DNA of 47,543 bases from Methanobacteriaceae archaeon UBA587 (lineage in GTDB: Archaea > Methanobacteriota > Methanobacteria > Methanobacteriales > Methanobacteriaceae). The notes beneath the pieces were generated by a model. The model was not told where the DNA came from. It saw nothing but the letters and a program-made list of their open reading frames with translations, and searched no databases. Below, piece by piece: positions 23,800-35,410 of this stretch; within the stretch, counting starts at the first letter, position 1; every line of letters begins with the position of its first letter. The position numbers were made by a program, and so were the translations under genes. The stretch covers positions 1 to 47,543 of the forward strand of contig DATN01000007.1 in assembly GCA_002504725.1 (NCBI GenBank), written 5' to 3'.

Positions 23800-24171
23800 A
23801 TGATTATTGACACTCAACTCGCATCATTCTTTACTGCAGCAGCACTTATAGTTCTGGGAATTTATGGTGCTGTTTTCATGGATAATCTCATAAAAAAGGT
23901 TATTGGATTGGCCTTTATTGGTGATGGGGTAAACCTGTTCATTATTACCCTGGGATACAAACCCGGGGGAATAGTTTACATCTATCTGCCGGAACTGGCT
24001 GAGATGGGAAAAGCATTCTTTACTCAAAACGCTGCTTATCCACTTCCTTTTGCTCTGGTATTAACCAGTATTGTTATTGGTGCCAGTACCATGGCAGTAA
24101 TGTTAGGAATAATAATAGTACTATACAAAAAACACGGCACCATAAGTGCAGCCAAGGTACTGGATGAATAA
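23800..24171 (+). CDS. ehbE: Ehb subunit E (MrpC/NuoK-like)
   Basis: 123 aa with three TM helices, NuoK/MnhC-like. Confidence 0.6.
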   Translation: MIIDTQLASFFTAAALIVLGIYGAVFMDNLIKKVIGLAFIGDGVNLFIITLGYKPGGIVYIYLPELAEMGKAFFTQNAAYPLPFALVLTSIVIGASTMAVMLGIIIVLYKKHGTISAAKVLDE

Positions 24172-24317
24172 TGGAGGAACTAAAGATGCACGAATCATTA
24201 CAATCATCATCCCTTAAATCATCTTTAAGGTCCCATAAGTTCTCTTTAAGATCAAAAGAATTTAAATCTCAATCATTTCCATCAAAGTATTGGAAAATCG
24301 AGGGGGAGGAAATATAA
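24171..24317 (+). CDS. unannotated 48-aa basic Ser/Lys-rich ORF, translationally coupled between ehbE and ehbF
   Basis: TAATG overlap with the ehbE stop and TAATG overlap with the ehbF start. Open for 48 codons in AT-rich DNA. Confidence 0.3.
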   Translation: MEELKMHESLQSSSLKSSLRSHKFSLRSKEFKSQSFPSKYWKIEGEEI

Positions 24318-25810
24318 TGAATCCCTTAATTCCTATAATGGTTATTTTACCTATAACATGTGCGCTTTTATTGAATTTACTGCACAATAAAGATAAAACA
24401 GTTAAAATATTGGCTCTAATAGCAGGAGTAGCCTTGCCTCTCATACCATTACTGGCCAACTATGGGATGCACTACTTTGGAGGATATGCTCCTCTTATTG
24501 ATAATCCTACATTAGCACAGGGACTGCCCAGCACCATAACCAATTCCTCGTTGTATCTGTTCCACCCGGCAATCACTTATTCATTTGCCAGTGCACAGCA
24601 ACTTTTCATATTCGTACTGGGAATGGTGGCCTTCCTAGCAATTTTCACCTCTTTAAATGAGACTAAACGTGCATCAGGGGTTTACACATTCTTGATGTTC
24701 ATGGGTACAGCAGCAGTAACAGCCATTGTCTTGGCAGATGATATATTCAATTTATACGTATTCTTTGAGATTGCAGCTCTGACCCAGGTGGGGATAATCA
24801 TCTGTTCCAAAGTGGAGAATAACTATGAAACTGCTTTGAAGTATATGATATTAGGAAGCATTGCTGCACCAATGCTCCTTTTAGGAATTGCTCTTTTATT
24901 AGGGGTCACAGGTAATGTAAACATCACAGACATTATCTTCGCTATAAATCATGGTATGGTGGATCCACAAAGCCCTGTACTCTTGCTGGCCTGTGGATTA
25001 ATCCTATTTGGATGGTTATATGGATCAGGACTTCCTCCGTTCCACACCATTAAATCCGCGGTTTACAGCAAAGCACTTCCCCACGGGGCTGCTCTTTTAC
25101 AAGCATTCTCGGTATTTACTTTCGCTGCTCTAGGGGTAATCATCATCCGCATATTTGCTTACCTACCCTTTACCGAGACAGTGGTCATATTCTTCTCCCT
25201 GGCTGCCATGATACTGGGTATAACCATGGCCCTCATGCAGACCGATTTCAAACGAATAATCGGGTTCCTGGCTGTGGGTGAATTGGGATACATTGGTCTG
25301 GGACTGGGTATGGGAACTGCCCTGGGAATAACTGCCGGGCTCTTCCAGGCCGTGAATGAGGCCATAATCACTGCTTTCCTATTCATTGGATTTGGAACGG
25401 TTCTCTACAAAACCGGAATCAGCGACACCAATAAGTTAGGGGGTATGCTGGTGGAGAACCCTAAAGTAGCCATCCTGGTCTTACTGGCAGGGCTGGCCAT
25501 GGCAGGAGTTCCTCCTTTCAACGCTTTCCAGAGCAAATTACAACTGATTCAGGCTTCCATCAATGCAGGCTTACCTGAATTGGGTATCATAATGGTTTTA
25601 CTGAGTATTGTAACTTTCTTAACCTTTGTGAAGGCTTATTATACCATCTACCTAAAACCAAAACCACAGGATCTGCAAATAATCAACGAAAAGATCCCCC
25701 GGGCCACCATAATAACCATGATGGTGTTCCTGGTGATCTGTTTGGTACTGGGTCTTTTCCCACAGCTGGCTACAGATTCCTTACAACAACTGGCGGTGGG
25801 GCTGGTATGA
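24317..25810 (+). CDS. ehbF: Ehb subunit F (MrpD/NuoL/NuoN-like antiporter-type membrane subunit)
   Basis: About 498 aa with roughly 14 TM helices. Proton-conducting membrane transporter pattern. The ATG at 24317 is preferred over the TTG at 24290. Confidence 0.7.
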   Translation: MNPLIPIMVILPITCALLLNLLHNKDKTVKILALIAGVALPLIPLLANYGMHYFGGYAPLIDNPTLAQGLPSTITNSSLYLFHPAITYSFASAQQLFIFVLGMVAFLAIFTSLNETKRASGVYTFLMFMGTAAVTAIVLADDIFNLYVFFEIAALTQVGIIICSKVENNYETALKYMILGSIAAPMLLLGIALLLGVTGNVNITDIIFAINHGMVDPQSPVLLLACGLILFGWLYGSGLPPFHTIKSAVYSKALPHGAALLQAFSVFTFAALGVIIIRIFAYLPFTETVVIFFSLAAMILGITMALMQTDFKRIIGFLAVGELGYIGLGLGMGTALGITAGLFQAVNEAIITAFLFIGFGTVLYKTGISDTNKLGGMLVENPKVAILVLLAGLAMAGVPPFNAFQSKLQLIQASINAGLPELGIIMVLLSIVTFLTFVKAYYTIYLKPKPQDLQIINEKIPRATIITMMVFLVICLVLGLFPQLATDSLQQLAVGLV

Positions 25811-25939
25811 TGTTTTCAACAATTTCAAATCGATTTAATATTCAATTAAATACTTCACAAGATGGACTTGTACAATTAATTGACTTAAATAATGAATTAG
25901 ATAATGAATTAAGTAAAAATGATCGGTTAGAGGGATTAT

Positions 25940-26278
25940 ATGGGATTGTATGATCTTATTATAAACAGACTACAGGAAATTCAAAGAAAGGCCAAGGAAC
26001 AAGAACCGGTCACTAATATCTCTGCATCTTCTACTCTGGCCGCTGAGATAACTTTGATATCTTCAGTTTTAATAGCGGCAGTAATGCTCAGAAGAATAAG
26101 TGATATGCTTATGGTGGTAGTGGTTCTGGCTCTGGTTATTGGATTGGTGGCCGCCATGCCTTTAATGCCCCGCCTGAGAGAGGAGCAGGGGGACTCATTC
26201 CACAACATGATTTTTTATGTGATAATAACCTTAGGGGTAATCACTGCCCTGTTCTACTGGGGGACGGCCAATGTATAA
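25940..26278 (+). CDS. ehbG: Ehb subunit G (small membrane protein)
   Basis: GAGGGA RBS 5 nt upstream. Two TM helices. Confidence 0.6.
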   Translation: MGLYDLIINRLQEIQRKAKEQEPVTNISASSTLAAEITLISSVLIAAVMLRRISDMLMVVVVLALVIGLVAAMPLMPRLREEQGDSFHNMIFYVIITLGVITALFYWGTANV

Positions 26279-26334
26279 GACAAGGAATGAAAAAATTAAA
26301 TTCACAGAATTAATGGATAAAGGGGGCTTAATAA

Positions 26335-27117
<783 letters not shown>

Positions 27118-27210
27118 AAATGATTGATGACAATAATTATGGAAATAAGGCCTTTCACATAACTGCCTCCATATCACAATTCTTTAATCACAACCATAGG
27201 AGAATTTAAC

Positions 27211-27456
27211 ATGTTATATCTTGGTCCAACTTTATTCGGATTCATACTGGGCTTCGTATTAGGAAGCCGAATCAAAAGCAGCCCTGATAGCAAGATCCAT
27301 TTCCCGATCTCATCTTATCTGGTGGTGTTAATTGCCGCTCTATTCATGGCCTGGCAGATAGGTCCTTTTCCTTACTACACGGACACACCCCTAGCCACCG
27401 GTTTTGTAGCGGCCATTATTGGTATTTTAGCTGGAAAAGTGATATTTGATCGGTAA
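27211..27456 (+). CDS. ehbJ: Ehb subunit J (small membrane protein)
   Basis: AGGAGA RBS. Two TM helices. Confidence 0.6.
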   Translation: MLYLGPTLFGFILGFVLGSRIKSSPDSKIHFPISSYLVVLIAALFMAWQIGPFPYYTDTPLATGFVAAIIGILAGKVIFDR

Positions 27457-27558
27457 ATATCAACCATAACTCATTAAATCATTTCAAAATAATTAAAATC
27501 AATTAATTAAAATCAATAAATCATCTCAATAAATCATCAGGAACTGGAAGGTAAAATC

Positions 27559-28920
27559 ATGTTCTTATCAACTAAAAAATGCGATGGACGAGGAGAATGC
27601 ATAAAAGAATGTCCCACCGAGGCCATAAGGCTTATTGATGGTAAAGCTTTTAGCTGCATCACCTGTGGAGCCTGTGCCGATGCCTGTCCCAACCGAGCCA
27701 TATTCAAAAATAAGTATGGTGGATATGTGGTGGACCGGGCTAAATGTAATGCCTGCGGGGTATGTGAATACACCTGTCCAGTAAACAGCATCAAAATCGA
27801 AGATGGAATAACCAAGGGTATCTGTGCAAGATGTGGAATCTGTGTGGATGCCTGTCCCCTGGAAGCAAGGGTAGATGCCTTTGATATAATCGAAGACCGA
27901 CAACTTCAATTTTTAGAGTCATTAAACCTGACTATCCATGCTCCTAAAAAGATTTCCACCGATAAAAATGAGGTGGAACGGGTAAACGTAGTCACGGACA
28001 TGGATAAATGTACTTTATGCCGTAGATGTGAATATCACTGTCCAACCGAAGCCATAAATGTTAGTGTGGATCAAAAAGGAGTTTGTACGGAATGCCGGGT
28101 CTGTGAAGACTTGTGTCCTGCCGATGCTATAACAGATTTCACCATAGATCCTCAGAAATGTACTCTCTGTTTGAAGTGCTTCCGAGAATGTCCTAATAAT
28201 GCCATAACCATGGAAGACTTCCAATTAAAGATTATCAAACCACAACCTGGAGAAGAAATAACGGGAAGCATAGTATCCTGTCTAAACTGTGGGCTATGTG
28301 TAGAAGCCTGCCAGAAAGACGCATTAAGGATGGTGGATGGTAAAATAAGATGCGATCCCGGAATCTGTATGGAATGTGATGATAAAGAATGTCTGGAAGT
28401 CTGTCCAGTGGGCACTCTTAAAGTGGCTGATGAATCGGGTATCGGATTAAAAGGATACTGTGTATCCTGTGGTCGCTGTGTTAAGGCATGTGATATCAAT
28501 GAAGCAAGGAGCTTTAAAAAGGTCACATGGGACGGTACTGTTTCCGAAGATTGCATATCTTGTGGAATATGTGCTGAATTATGTCCTAAAGATGCCATTA
28601 CCCTGAAGAGGGGTAGTATTGAGGTGGACTTAGAAAAATGCATACTCTGTGAAAAATGTGGTATTCACTGCCCGGTAGATGCTATTCCACGAACCACCAT
28701 GCGCAAAAAGTCCATTAAGGACGGTTTCACTTTAATTGATAACAAACTGTGTATGAATTGTAAGTTATGTGAGAAAATATGTCCAGAAGAGGCCATATCC
28801 GAAACAGAAGACGGACGTATGTGGGTGGATGAGAGTAAGTGTATCTATTGTGGTGCATGTTCCAATGCCTGCCCTGCTCGTGCAGTGATCTTTGAAAGGG
28901 AATTTGAACTTTCAGAATAA
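27559..28920 (+). CDS. ehbK: Ehb polyferredoxin with ~14 [4Fe-4S] cluster motifs
   Basis: I count 14 CxxCxxCxxxC(P) motifs, e.g. [24 protein letters not shown] ... [12 protein letters not shown]. Confidence 0.8.
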   Translation: MFLSTKKCDGRGECIKECPTEAIRLIDGKAFSCITCGACADACPNRAIFKNKYGGYVVDRAKCNACGVCEYTCPVNSIKIEDGITKGICARCGICVDACPLEARVDAFDIIEDRQLQFLESLNLTIHAPKKISTDKNEVERVNVVTDMDKCTLCRRCEYHCPTEAINVSVDQKGVCTECRVCEDLCPADAITDFTIDPQKCTLCLKCFRECPNNAITMEDFQLKIIKPQPGEEITGSIVSCLNCGLCVEACQKDALRMVDGKIRCDPGICMECDDKECLEVCPVGTLKVADESGIGLKGYCVSCGRCVKACDINEARSFKKVTWDGTVSEDCISCGICAELCPKDAITLKRGSIEVDLEKCILCEKCGIHCPVDAIPRTTMRKKSIKDGFTLIDNKLCMNCKLCEKICPEEAISETEDGRMWVDESKCIYCGACSNACPARAVIFEREFELSE

Positions 28921-29077
28921 CCAAAAAAATGATTTAAAGGAAATTAATGGTTAAGAACTGGAGAACCAAAATCATTAAAATAATTTCATGAAGTAAATTA
29001 ATGATATTCAATTAAATGTGATTGGTTCGATATATCATAAATTATTCATATAAAAAAAGGGACCTTGAGGTATCAAG

Positions 29078-29596
29078 ATGAAAAATTTAGTTAGAATAGT
29101 GCTGGAAGGTGCATACAGTAATTTCAAGAGGATTGTTTTTGCCTCGGACAGGGTCACTGACATGGAATTGCGAAGCCGCATCTTAGAAGGCCGAGTTCAG
29201 CCCACAGATAAAGTGGCAGAAATTTCCTGTATTGGCTGTGGGGGCTGTTCCAATGCCTGTCCTACCGAAGCCATCGACATGAAGGATCTGGATGAACCAG
29301 TAGAACTGATGGAGGGGCTGATGAAAACGCAGCTTCCGGTTTTAAACAGTGAAAAATGTGTGCACTGTTATTATTGTCATGATTTCTGCCCCATGTATGC
29401 CTTATTTGGAGAGGCGGGGACCATACACCCTAATGACGTGGGAGTGGTTGAATCAGATGTAAAAGAAATGTTAGAAAAACCAGTGAAGATTTCAGACGAT
29501 AAATTGGTTTTCATTTCCCAATTCCTATCTGATAAAACCATAATAAAAAAGAGACAGGATTCTAAACTGGCTCAATTAGGCAAAGCCCTAAAATAA
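29078..29596 (+). CDS. ehbL: Ehb 2x[4Fe-4S] ferredoxin subunit
   Basis: Two motifs, [12 protein letters not shown] and [12 protein letters not shown]. Confidence 0.75.
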   Translation: MKNLVRIVLEGAYSNFKRIVFASDRVTDMELRSRILEGRVQPTDKVAEISCIGCGGCSNACPTEAIDMKDLDEPVELMEGLMKTQLPVLNSEKCVHCYYCHDFCPMYALFGEAGTIHPNDVGVVESDVKEMLEKPVKISDDKLVFISQFLSDKTIIKKRQDSKLAQLGKALK

Positions 29597-29744
29597 TAAC
29601 TCTATTGGCGGAGTAATGTGGAATATCTCCATTAAAATTATTAAATCAAAAAATCCTAAAAACCAAAATCCTAAAAAATCCATAAAATAACTAAAATCTG
29701 ATAAAAACTAAAATTCAATAAATAAAATAAAAAAGAGGGATCAA

Positions 29745-30191
29745 ATGAGCCTCAAATCATACTCAAGGGCTAGAGCGGTGCATGTGATGCTGGTTTACAC
29801 CGGAGGATGCAATGGGTGCGATATAGAGATTGTAAATTCTATATTTTCACCTAAATACGATGCCGAACAATATAAAATATTTTTAACCTGGAACCCCCGG
29901 GAAGCAGATGTACTGGTGGTGACCGGTCCAGTAACTAAACACAATGAAAAACCATTAAAAGCGATATATGATGCTATTCCTGAGCCAAAGGCAGTAATTG
30001 CAGCGGGGGCCTGTGCTTTAATGGGTGGTGTTTATAAAAATATCCACGGAGACATCCCTTCCGAAGAAATTGCAGGGCCAGTCGATAAAATAATACCGGT
30101 GGCTGCTAAAGTTCCGGGATGCGCAGTACGCCCAGAAGATGTTCTTGCGGGTGCTGTAGCAGCATTACCTCTTCTATTGGAAGCTAAATAA
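29745..30191 (+). CDS. ehbM: Ehb [NiFe]-hydrogenase small subunit (NuoB-like)
   Basis: GGCNGCDIE ... GACALMGG ... PGCAVRPED cluster-ligand pattern of the complex-I 20-kDa family. Confidence 0.85.
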   Translation: MSLKSYSRARAVHVMLVYTGGCNGCDIEIVNSIFSPKYDAEQYKIFLTWNPREADVLVVTGPVTKHNEKPLKAIYDAIPEPKAVIAAGACALMGGVYKNIHGDIPSEEIAGPVDKIIPVAAKVPGCAVRPEDVLAGAVAALPLLLEAK

Positions 30192-30350
30192 TCTTCCAAA
30201 GGAAATAATCATGGATATTATCCATTGATTAAATTTATCAATGGGTCAAAAACGGATAATTTATTATTGATCATAAAATTTGAAAAAATAACCGATGTTT
30301 AAAGTGTAAAAATTATCTTAAACACCAAAAACTAATTTAAGGTGCTTATA

Positions 30351-31484
30351 ATGGATGAAGATAAAAAATCAAGCCGGCCGGGAGTCATAGAGACTGAAAT
30401 CACCATGGGACCAGTCCACTCCGCCGCCATAGAACCCTATCGGGTGCGACTTTTCGTGGAAGACGAGATAGTTAAAGACGCAGAAATTACTGTGGGGGTT
30501 AACCATAGAGGTATAGAGCGTATAATGGAAGGTCTTCCTGTTGAAAAGGCTAATAGTCTCACAGAGAAGATATGTGGGATATGTTCCAACAGCCACATCT
30601 GGAATTCAGTTCTAGTGGCGGAGAAAGGTCTGGGAATTGAAGTTCCTGAAAGAGCAGCATATATCAGGGTGATTATGGAGGAACTGGAAAGATTACACAG
30701 CCATTTACTTTATTTGGCCCATGGAAACGAAGTTCTGGGTCATGAAACTTTTGCCATGCGTCTTTTCTATATCCGGGAGACGGTAATGGAACTGCTGCGT
30801 ATGATTGGAGGCAACCGGGTTCAATACGGTGTATCTATCATTGGTGGTGTAAGGCCTCGCTGTGAATTGGATGAGATGAGAATCCAAAAAATTATCCAGG
30901 GAATGGACTATCTGGAGGAAAAAATAGCTGACTTTGCCGACAGATTTGTTTCTGATCCTATGGTAATATCCCGTATCACCGGCACATGTCCTATACCTAA
31001 AAAAGAAGCCCTCCGACTGGCAGTTTCAGGTCCCACTTTAAGGGCCACCGGGGTTGAGCTGGATCTACGTAGAGACATGAAAGAATATGATCCATTTGAA
31101 TTTGATGTAATCACACAAGAAGGTGGCGATGTAAAAGCTAACCTGTTAATGAGGGTTCTGGAAAGTTTTGAATCTATAAAAATCATCCGTCAGGCAATTA
31201 AAGATCTTCCCAAAGGCCCTATTACGGACCGGTCCTGGGAGATGCAGGACACCGATGTTATAAAAAGTTATATTGAAGTACCTCGAGGTAGGTTGTACCA
31301 TTCCTACCGGCTGGAAGATGGTCGGGTGAGAGGATCCATTGTTAGAACTCCATCCATGACTAATATTGGGGCCATGCAGTATGCCTGTATTGGACACCAC
31401 ATCACCGATGCCCAGTTAGGTATTGTGCAGTGTGATCCATGCTTTACTTGTACTGATAGGGCTATTCAGATCATTAAACTCTAA
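30351..31484 (+). CDS. ehbN: Ehb [NiFe]-hydrogenase large subunit
   Basis: N-terminal [10 protein letters not shown] and C-terminal DPCFTCTDR Ni-Fe ligand motifs. ATG with an AGGTG RBS, chosen over the upstream GTG at 30342. Confidence 0.85.
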   Translation: MDEDKKSSRPGVIETEITMGPVHSAAIEPYRVRLFVEDEIVKDAEITVGVNHRGIERIMEGLPVEKANSLTEKICGICSNSHIWNSVLVAEKGLGIEVPERAAYIRVIMEELERLHSHLLYLAHGNEVLGHETFAMRLFYIRETVMELLRMIGGNRVQYGVSIIGGVRPRCELDEMRIQKIIQGMDYLEEKIADFADRFVSDPMVISRITGTCPIPKKEALRLAVSGPTLRATGVELDLRRDMKEYDPFEFDVITQEGGDVKANLLMRVLESFESIKIIRQAIKDLPKGPITDRSWEMQDTDVIKSYIEVPRGRLYHSYRLEDGRVRGSIVRTPSMTNIGAMQYACIGHHITDAQLGIVQCDPCFTCTDRAIQIIKL

Positions 31485-31627
31485 AATTCATAAATTTGTT
31501 ACATATCATTTATGACAAGAATGTTTAGAATTATAAAAAATTGAGAAAAATCATTATTAATATTTAATATTAAAATTAAATTTCAAGTGATATTAGTTAA
31601 TAATGCTATTTAATAGGAGATAAGGGC

Positions 31628-32626
31628 ATGGAAGCTTCTACTATCATATATTCAACAGCGGCAGTTATTGGAACCATAATCGTGGCATTTATTGTCAGTC
31701 TGTGGCTTCCGGGAATTGAAAGAAAATTTGTACATGCAAGAATTCAACAGAGAATCGGACCACCTATTTCCAGTCCCGGATTCATGGCTCCTTTGAAGTT
31801 CTTTTTCAAGGAGACTATCACTCCCAATTCTCCGGTTCCCCGATTGTATAATGCACTTCCTTTGGTTGCCATATTATCCATATTCTTCATATTGTTATTC
31901 TTAATACCTCAAATGTACTTTTTAGGTGCTTTGGCCAGCGTGATAGCTATTGTTGGTCTTTTAAAGGTGGAAGAAGTTATTTATGTATTCATGGGATCAC
32001 TTTCTCAATCAGTGATGTCCCTGAGCATGCCCTTCCCTGACGTAGTTAAAGGAGCCAAACATCAAAAGGTCACCCGGTCATTTTTAGAGAACTTGAGTTC
32101 ACTCAGGGCATTCAGATTAATTGCATTTGGTTCATTCCCATTATATCTAGCCATATTTGTACCAGTAGCCATGGCAGGAAGTGTATTCTTGGGAGACATC
32201 GTATCCTACCAGCAAATCCATGGACCAATTCTATTCACAGTGGCGGGAGCTATTGGTGCCATAGTATTCTTCATGGGGTACATGATTCTCTTAAATGAAT
32301 ACCCCTTCGCTATTCTCAAGACCAAAGCCGATGTTATTGAAGGACCATACATGGAGTATGCTGCTAAATATCGGGCTTACAACTATATTGCCCGTGGCTT
32401 CTTGATGTTCGCATTGGGTGCTTTATTTTCAGTTTTATTTCTGGGAATACCACCTAACCTATTCAGTGTGGGAATACTGGTAAATATCGTGGTGGCTCTG
32501 CTCTTCCCTATATTCATGGCAGTGATGAGTGCATTTTCACCTATATTTACCAACAAACAGTTCTATCCAGTAGTAACGGGTCTTTCATTATTAGGGGTGC
32601 TGGCTATCATTGCAGCATTTATTTAA
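31628..32626 (+). CDS. ehbO: Ehb NuoH/CooK/HyfC-like integral membrane subunit
   Basis: [16 protein letters not shown] motif characteristic of NuoH-type subunits. Eight TM helices. Confidence 0.8.
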   Translation: MEASTIIYSTAAVIGTIIVAFIVSLWLPGIERKFVHARIQQRIGPPISSPGFMAPLKFFFKETITPNSPVPRLYNALPLVAILSIFFILLFLIPQMYFLGALASVIAIVGLLKVEEVIYVFMGSLSQSVMSLSMPFPDVVKGAKHQKVTRSFLENLSSLRAFRLIAFGSFPLYLAIFVPVAMAGSVFLGDIVSYQQIHGPILFTVAGAIGAIVFFMGYMILLNEYPFAILKTKADVIEGPYMEYAAKYRAYNYIARGFLMFALGALFSVLFLGIPPNLFSVGILVNIVVALLFPIFMAVMSAFSPIFTNKQFYPVVTGLSLLGVLAIIAAFI

Positions 32627-32744
32627 ATCCCTAAATTAATTTATAGGGATATCAGCCATATTATAATTAAAATTAAATAAAATTGAGTAACTCTAATGAG
32701 TTAAATTTGATTAGTCATTAAAAATATATAATTCAGGTGATTGG

Positions 32745-33020
32745 ATGAAATTTGTTGTTAGGCCTCACCATATCTTAAGTTTAGGCGGATATATTGTAGA
32801 AACAGAATTCCCTTACCGAAATCTTATTGTGGTTAATGCCACCCCTGAACCCATTAAATTGGAAGTTCCGGTGTTTTCTGAGGAATGGATCCAGGAACAT
32901 CGTGATTTGGGGCTGGATATAATTCCAGTAACTGAGGAAGATAACTATCTCAGGATGTGGAGAAAAGAAAAGGCCCGATTGGAACAGATAAAATCGGAAT
33001 TTGCATCAGATTCGCAATAG
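32745..33020 (+). CDS. ehbP: Ehb small hydrophilic subunit P
   Basis: 91 aa, hydrophilic. AGGTGA RBS. Confidence 0.55.
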   Translation: MKFVVRPHHILSLGGYIVETEFPYRNLIVVNATPEPIKLEVPVFSEEWIQEHRDLGLDIIPVTEEDNYLRMWRKEKARLEQIKSEFASDSQ

Positions 33021-33173
33021 TTGACATTTTTTATTTGGAGTATTTCCTCCAAAATAGTTTAATTTTTCAAGTAAGATTAAGGAAGGTTTAACTTTTTTTG
33101 AGCTGTTAGATAATCATCTATTTTTCAGATTAGATTCCTTTTTTCCGATTAGATTAGGCATGGTTGTTTTAGT

Positions 33174-33698
33174 ATGGTGGATTTTCAAAGGCATATGCGC
33201 AGAAGCGATAAACAAATAGATGATGTTTCCTTAATTCATTCTATTTTAAAAAAAGCACCGGTAATGAGATTGGCCTTATGTTATGGTGAAACACCATATA
33301 TAATACCTTTAAATTTTGTTTTCCATACAATACCTCAGGATAATGGCATAATCTATCTGCATTCTGCTTTAAAGGGTCTAAAAATGGACATACTGCAAAA
33401 AAATAATAAAGTCTGTTTTGAGGTGGAAGACTCCTTAGAAATAGTAACCTCTGATAAGCCCTGTGATTGGGGTATGCGATACCGCACTGTAATAGGACAT
33501 GGAGAAGCATCTTTTGAAAAAGATAATGAGGAGAAGAAAAAGATAATGGGATTATTCATGGCTAAATATTCTTCTATTGCTTCTGATGAATTTGATAAAT
33601 CTCCAAACATGTTTGTTTACCCTAGCACGGTACTGGATTCAACCTGCTTAATCAAGATTGAAATAAAATCACTGACCGGTAAAAAATCAGGTTATTAA
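33174..33698 (+). CDS. ehbQ: last gene of ehb cluster (ehbQ position): PNPOx-like FMN-binding split-barrel protein
   Basis: Pyridoxamine-5'-phosphate-oxidase-like fold pattern (LALCYGETPYIIPLNFVF ... VCFEVEDS). The assignment as ehbQ is by position only. Confidence 0.5.
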   Translation: MVDFQRHMRRSDKQIDDVSLIHSILKKAPVMRLALCYGETPYIIPLNFVFHTIPQDNGIIYLHSALKGLKMDILQKNNKVCFEVEDSLEIVTSDKPCDWGMRYRTVIGHGEASFEKDNEEKKKIMGLFMAKYSSIASDEFDKSPNMFVYPSTVLDSTCLIKIEIKSLTGKKSGY

Positions 33699-33737
33699 TC
33701 AAGATTAGAAAAATCTTTCTGGGCAATTCTGTTATTT

Positions 33738-33775
33738 GGCCAAGATCTTTCTTTTTCCTTTTTCCTTTTCCTTTA
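33738..33775 (+). terminator. pyrimidine/oligo-T tract downstream of ehb operon
   Basis: tctttctttttcctttttccttttccttt directly after the last ehb gene. Confidence 0.35.
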
Positions 33776-33832
33776 GCTCTATCTATCCATCTATCTACCT
33801 ATCTACTATCTATCTAGCCTCATCTCTCGGCA
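33776..33832. repeat. imperfect (C)TATC microsatellite
   Basis: ctctatctatccatctatctacctatctactatctatctagcc. It creates a spurious low-complexity ORF at 33736-34029. Confidence 0.7.
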
Positions 33833-34080
33833 TATATCCCTCTTTCTGGTTTTATTTATACTATTTCTCTCAGGTTCTAATTTACTTGCAGCGGCCAAAT
33901 AACACCTATATTTTTACATTTTTGATTCTACTGATTCTCGGGTATTATGAAATTCTAAAATATCTTAAAGATTTATTATTAAAAAGACAAATCATTATAT
34001 ATAAAAAATTAATTTGCAACCTACTTTAACTAATTTAATCTATAATTCAGATATGATGTTATTTCAATGGGGTGTTTTTC

Positions 34081-34737
34081 ATGGGCAAATTAGCCATTAC
34101 TATTAAAACAATTGAACGTCCAGGAGTATTAAGTCAGATAACTGATTTGATAGCTCAAAAAGAGATTAATATAACCTATACTCATTTATATGTGGAGGAA
34201 GATGGATCTGGTTCTATCTATTTGGAACTGGAGGATTGGGATAATATAGACACTCTACTAGAGCAGATACGAAAAGCAGAACCAGTTAAACAGGTCATTG
34301 TTCACAAGTCTCTGGATGATATCTATGGAAAAAGAATCATAATCATCGGGGGCGGTGCCCAGGTGGCCCAGGTAGCCATGGGAGCCATAAGCGAGGCGGA
34401 CCGGCATAATATCAGGGGGGAAAGAATCAGTATTGATACCATACCTCTGGTAGGGGAAATGGAACTTGCCGAAGCCGTTTCTGCTGTGGGAAGACTCCCC
34501 CGTGTAGGGGCACTGGTCTTGGCGGGATCCCTCATGGGCGGAAAAATATCTGATGCAGTGGAACGCGTCAAAAAGGAGCATCAGGTGGTGGTAATCAGTC
34601 TGTCCATGCCGGGCAGTGTCACCCAAAAGGCGGACCTGGTGGTCACTGACCCCATACAGGCTGGTGTTATAGCAGTTATGGCGGTGGCGGATACAGCAGT
34701 ATTTGATATAAAAAGAGTACAGAACAAAAAATTCTAA
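34081..34737 (+). CDS. ACT-domain protein (COG2150-like predicted amino-acid-metabolism regulator)
   Basis: N-terminal ACT fold ([20 protein letters not shown]). Gly-rich conserved C-terminal domain. The ATG at 34081 has a GGGGTG RBS. Confidence 0.6.
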   Translation: MGKLAITIKTIERPGVLSQITDLIAQKEINITYTHLYVEEDGSGSIYLELEDWDNIDTLLEQIRKAEPVKQVIVHKSLDDIYGKRIIIIGGGAQVAQVAMGAISEADRHNIRGERISIDTIPLVGEMELAEAVSAVGRLPRVGALVLAGSLMGGKISDAVERVKKEHQVVVISLSMPGSVTQKADLVVTDPIQAGVIAVMAVADTAVFDIKRVQNKKF

Positions 34738-34947
34738 TTTTTTTAAAATTAGTTTAATTTTATATTTTTTTTAATTATCTTCCAGTTAGTCGTTAAATTA
34801 GATTGGTATGCCTTAAATTATATTAATTTAGATTAAATTAGCTATAATTAGTTTAAAACTTTTAATTATTTTATAAATAATTTTTTTCTTCAAAGAATTA
34901 AATAATAAAAATAATAATAAAAATAATTAAGCAATTGAATAAGAGTA

Positions 34948-35223
34948 TTAACTCATTTCAATGGCTCTTATTATTCTACTAGCAGCATTTTTTAGTTCAG
35001 GGTCTTTTATATCTCCACTTTCTCTAATCTTAAGTGCAAGTTGCAGTACGCTACTCACATCAGAAGGTTTTAGGTTCTCGGCCATTTCCAGATAGGTCTG
35101 AGGTAAATCCTCATCTGCTTCTGCTTTCTTCTTTTCCATCATTTCCAAAAGCACGGTACAGGCACCCATCACACTGGAATCATCCATCTCTTCACATTTT
35201 TTAAGGAGCTCGTCTTGGTTCAT
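34948..35223 (-). CDS. small acidic helical protein (91 aa), unknown function
   Basis: ORF with an ATG start, about 25% D/E. Lies downstream of and co-directional with the Cas4-like gene. Confidence 0.5.
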   Translation of the reverse strand: MNQDELLKKCEEMDDSSVMGACTVLLEMMEKKKAEADEDLPQTYLEMAENLKPSDVSSVLQLALKIRESGDIKDPELKNAASRIIRAIEMS

Positions 35224-35410
35224 TTTATCACCTGGAGTATTGTATTAATTTTTGTGTCCCGGGTAATTTATATTTTAGCATAGTCTTTAGGTAGTATCCT
35301 AAAAATTTACTTTGCCCGATCCCGAATATTGGATTATACTAGTCCGAAGTTTAAAGGTCAATCTTTCTTAAGTTTAAGGAAATTTTCGCTTTTCAAATCC
35401 CCTATAAAAC

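Noticed and set aside
28152-28643. 163-aa minus-strand ORF, and others at 27568-27909 and 28015-28224
   Set aside because: Antisense to the polyferredoxin gene, whose 14 Cys motifs establish the plus frame as real.
33736-34029. 97-aa plus-strand ORF
   Set aside because: Translation of a pyrimidine tract and (C)TATC microsatellite (FSFSFSSIYPSIYLSTIYL...). Low complexity with no RBS.
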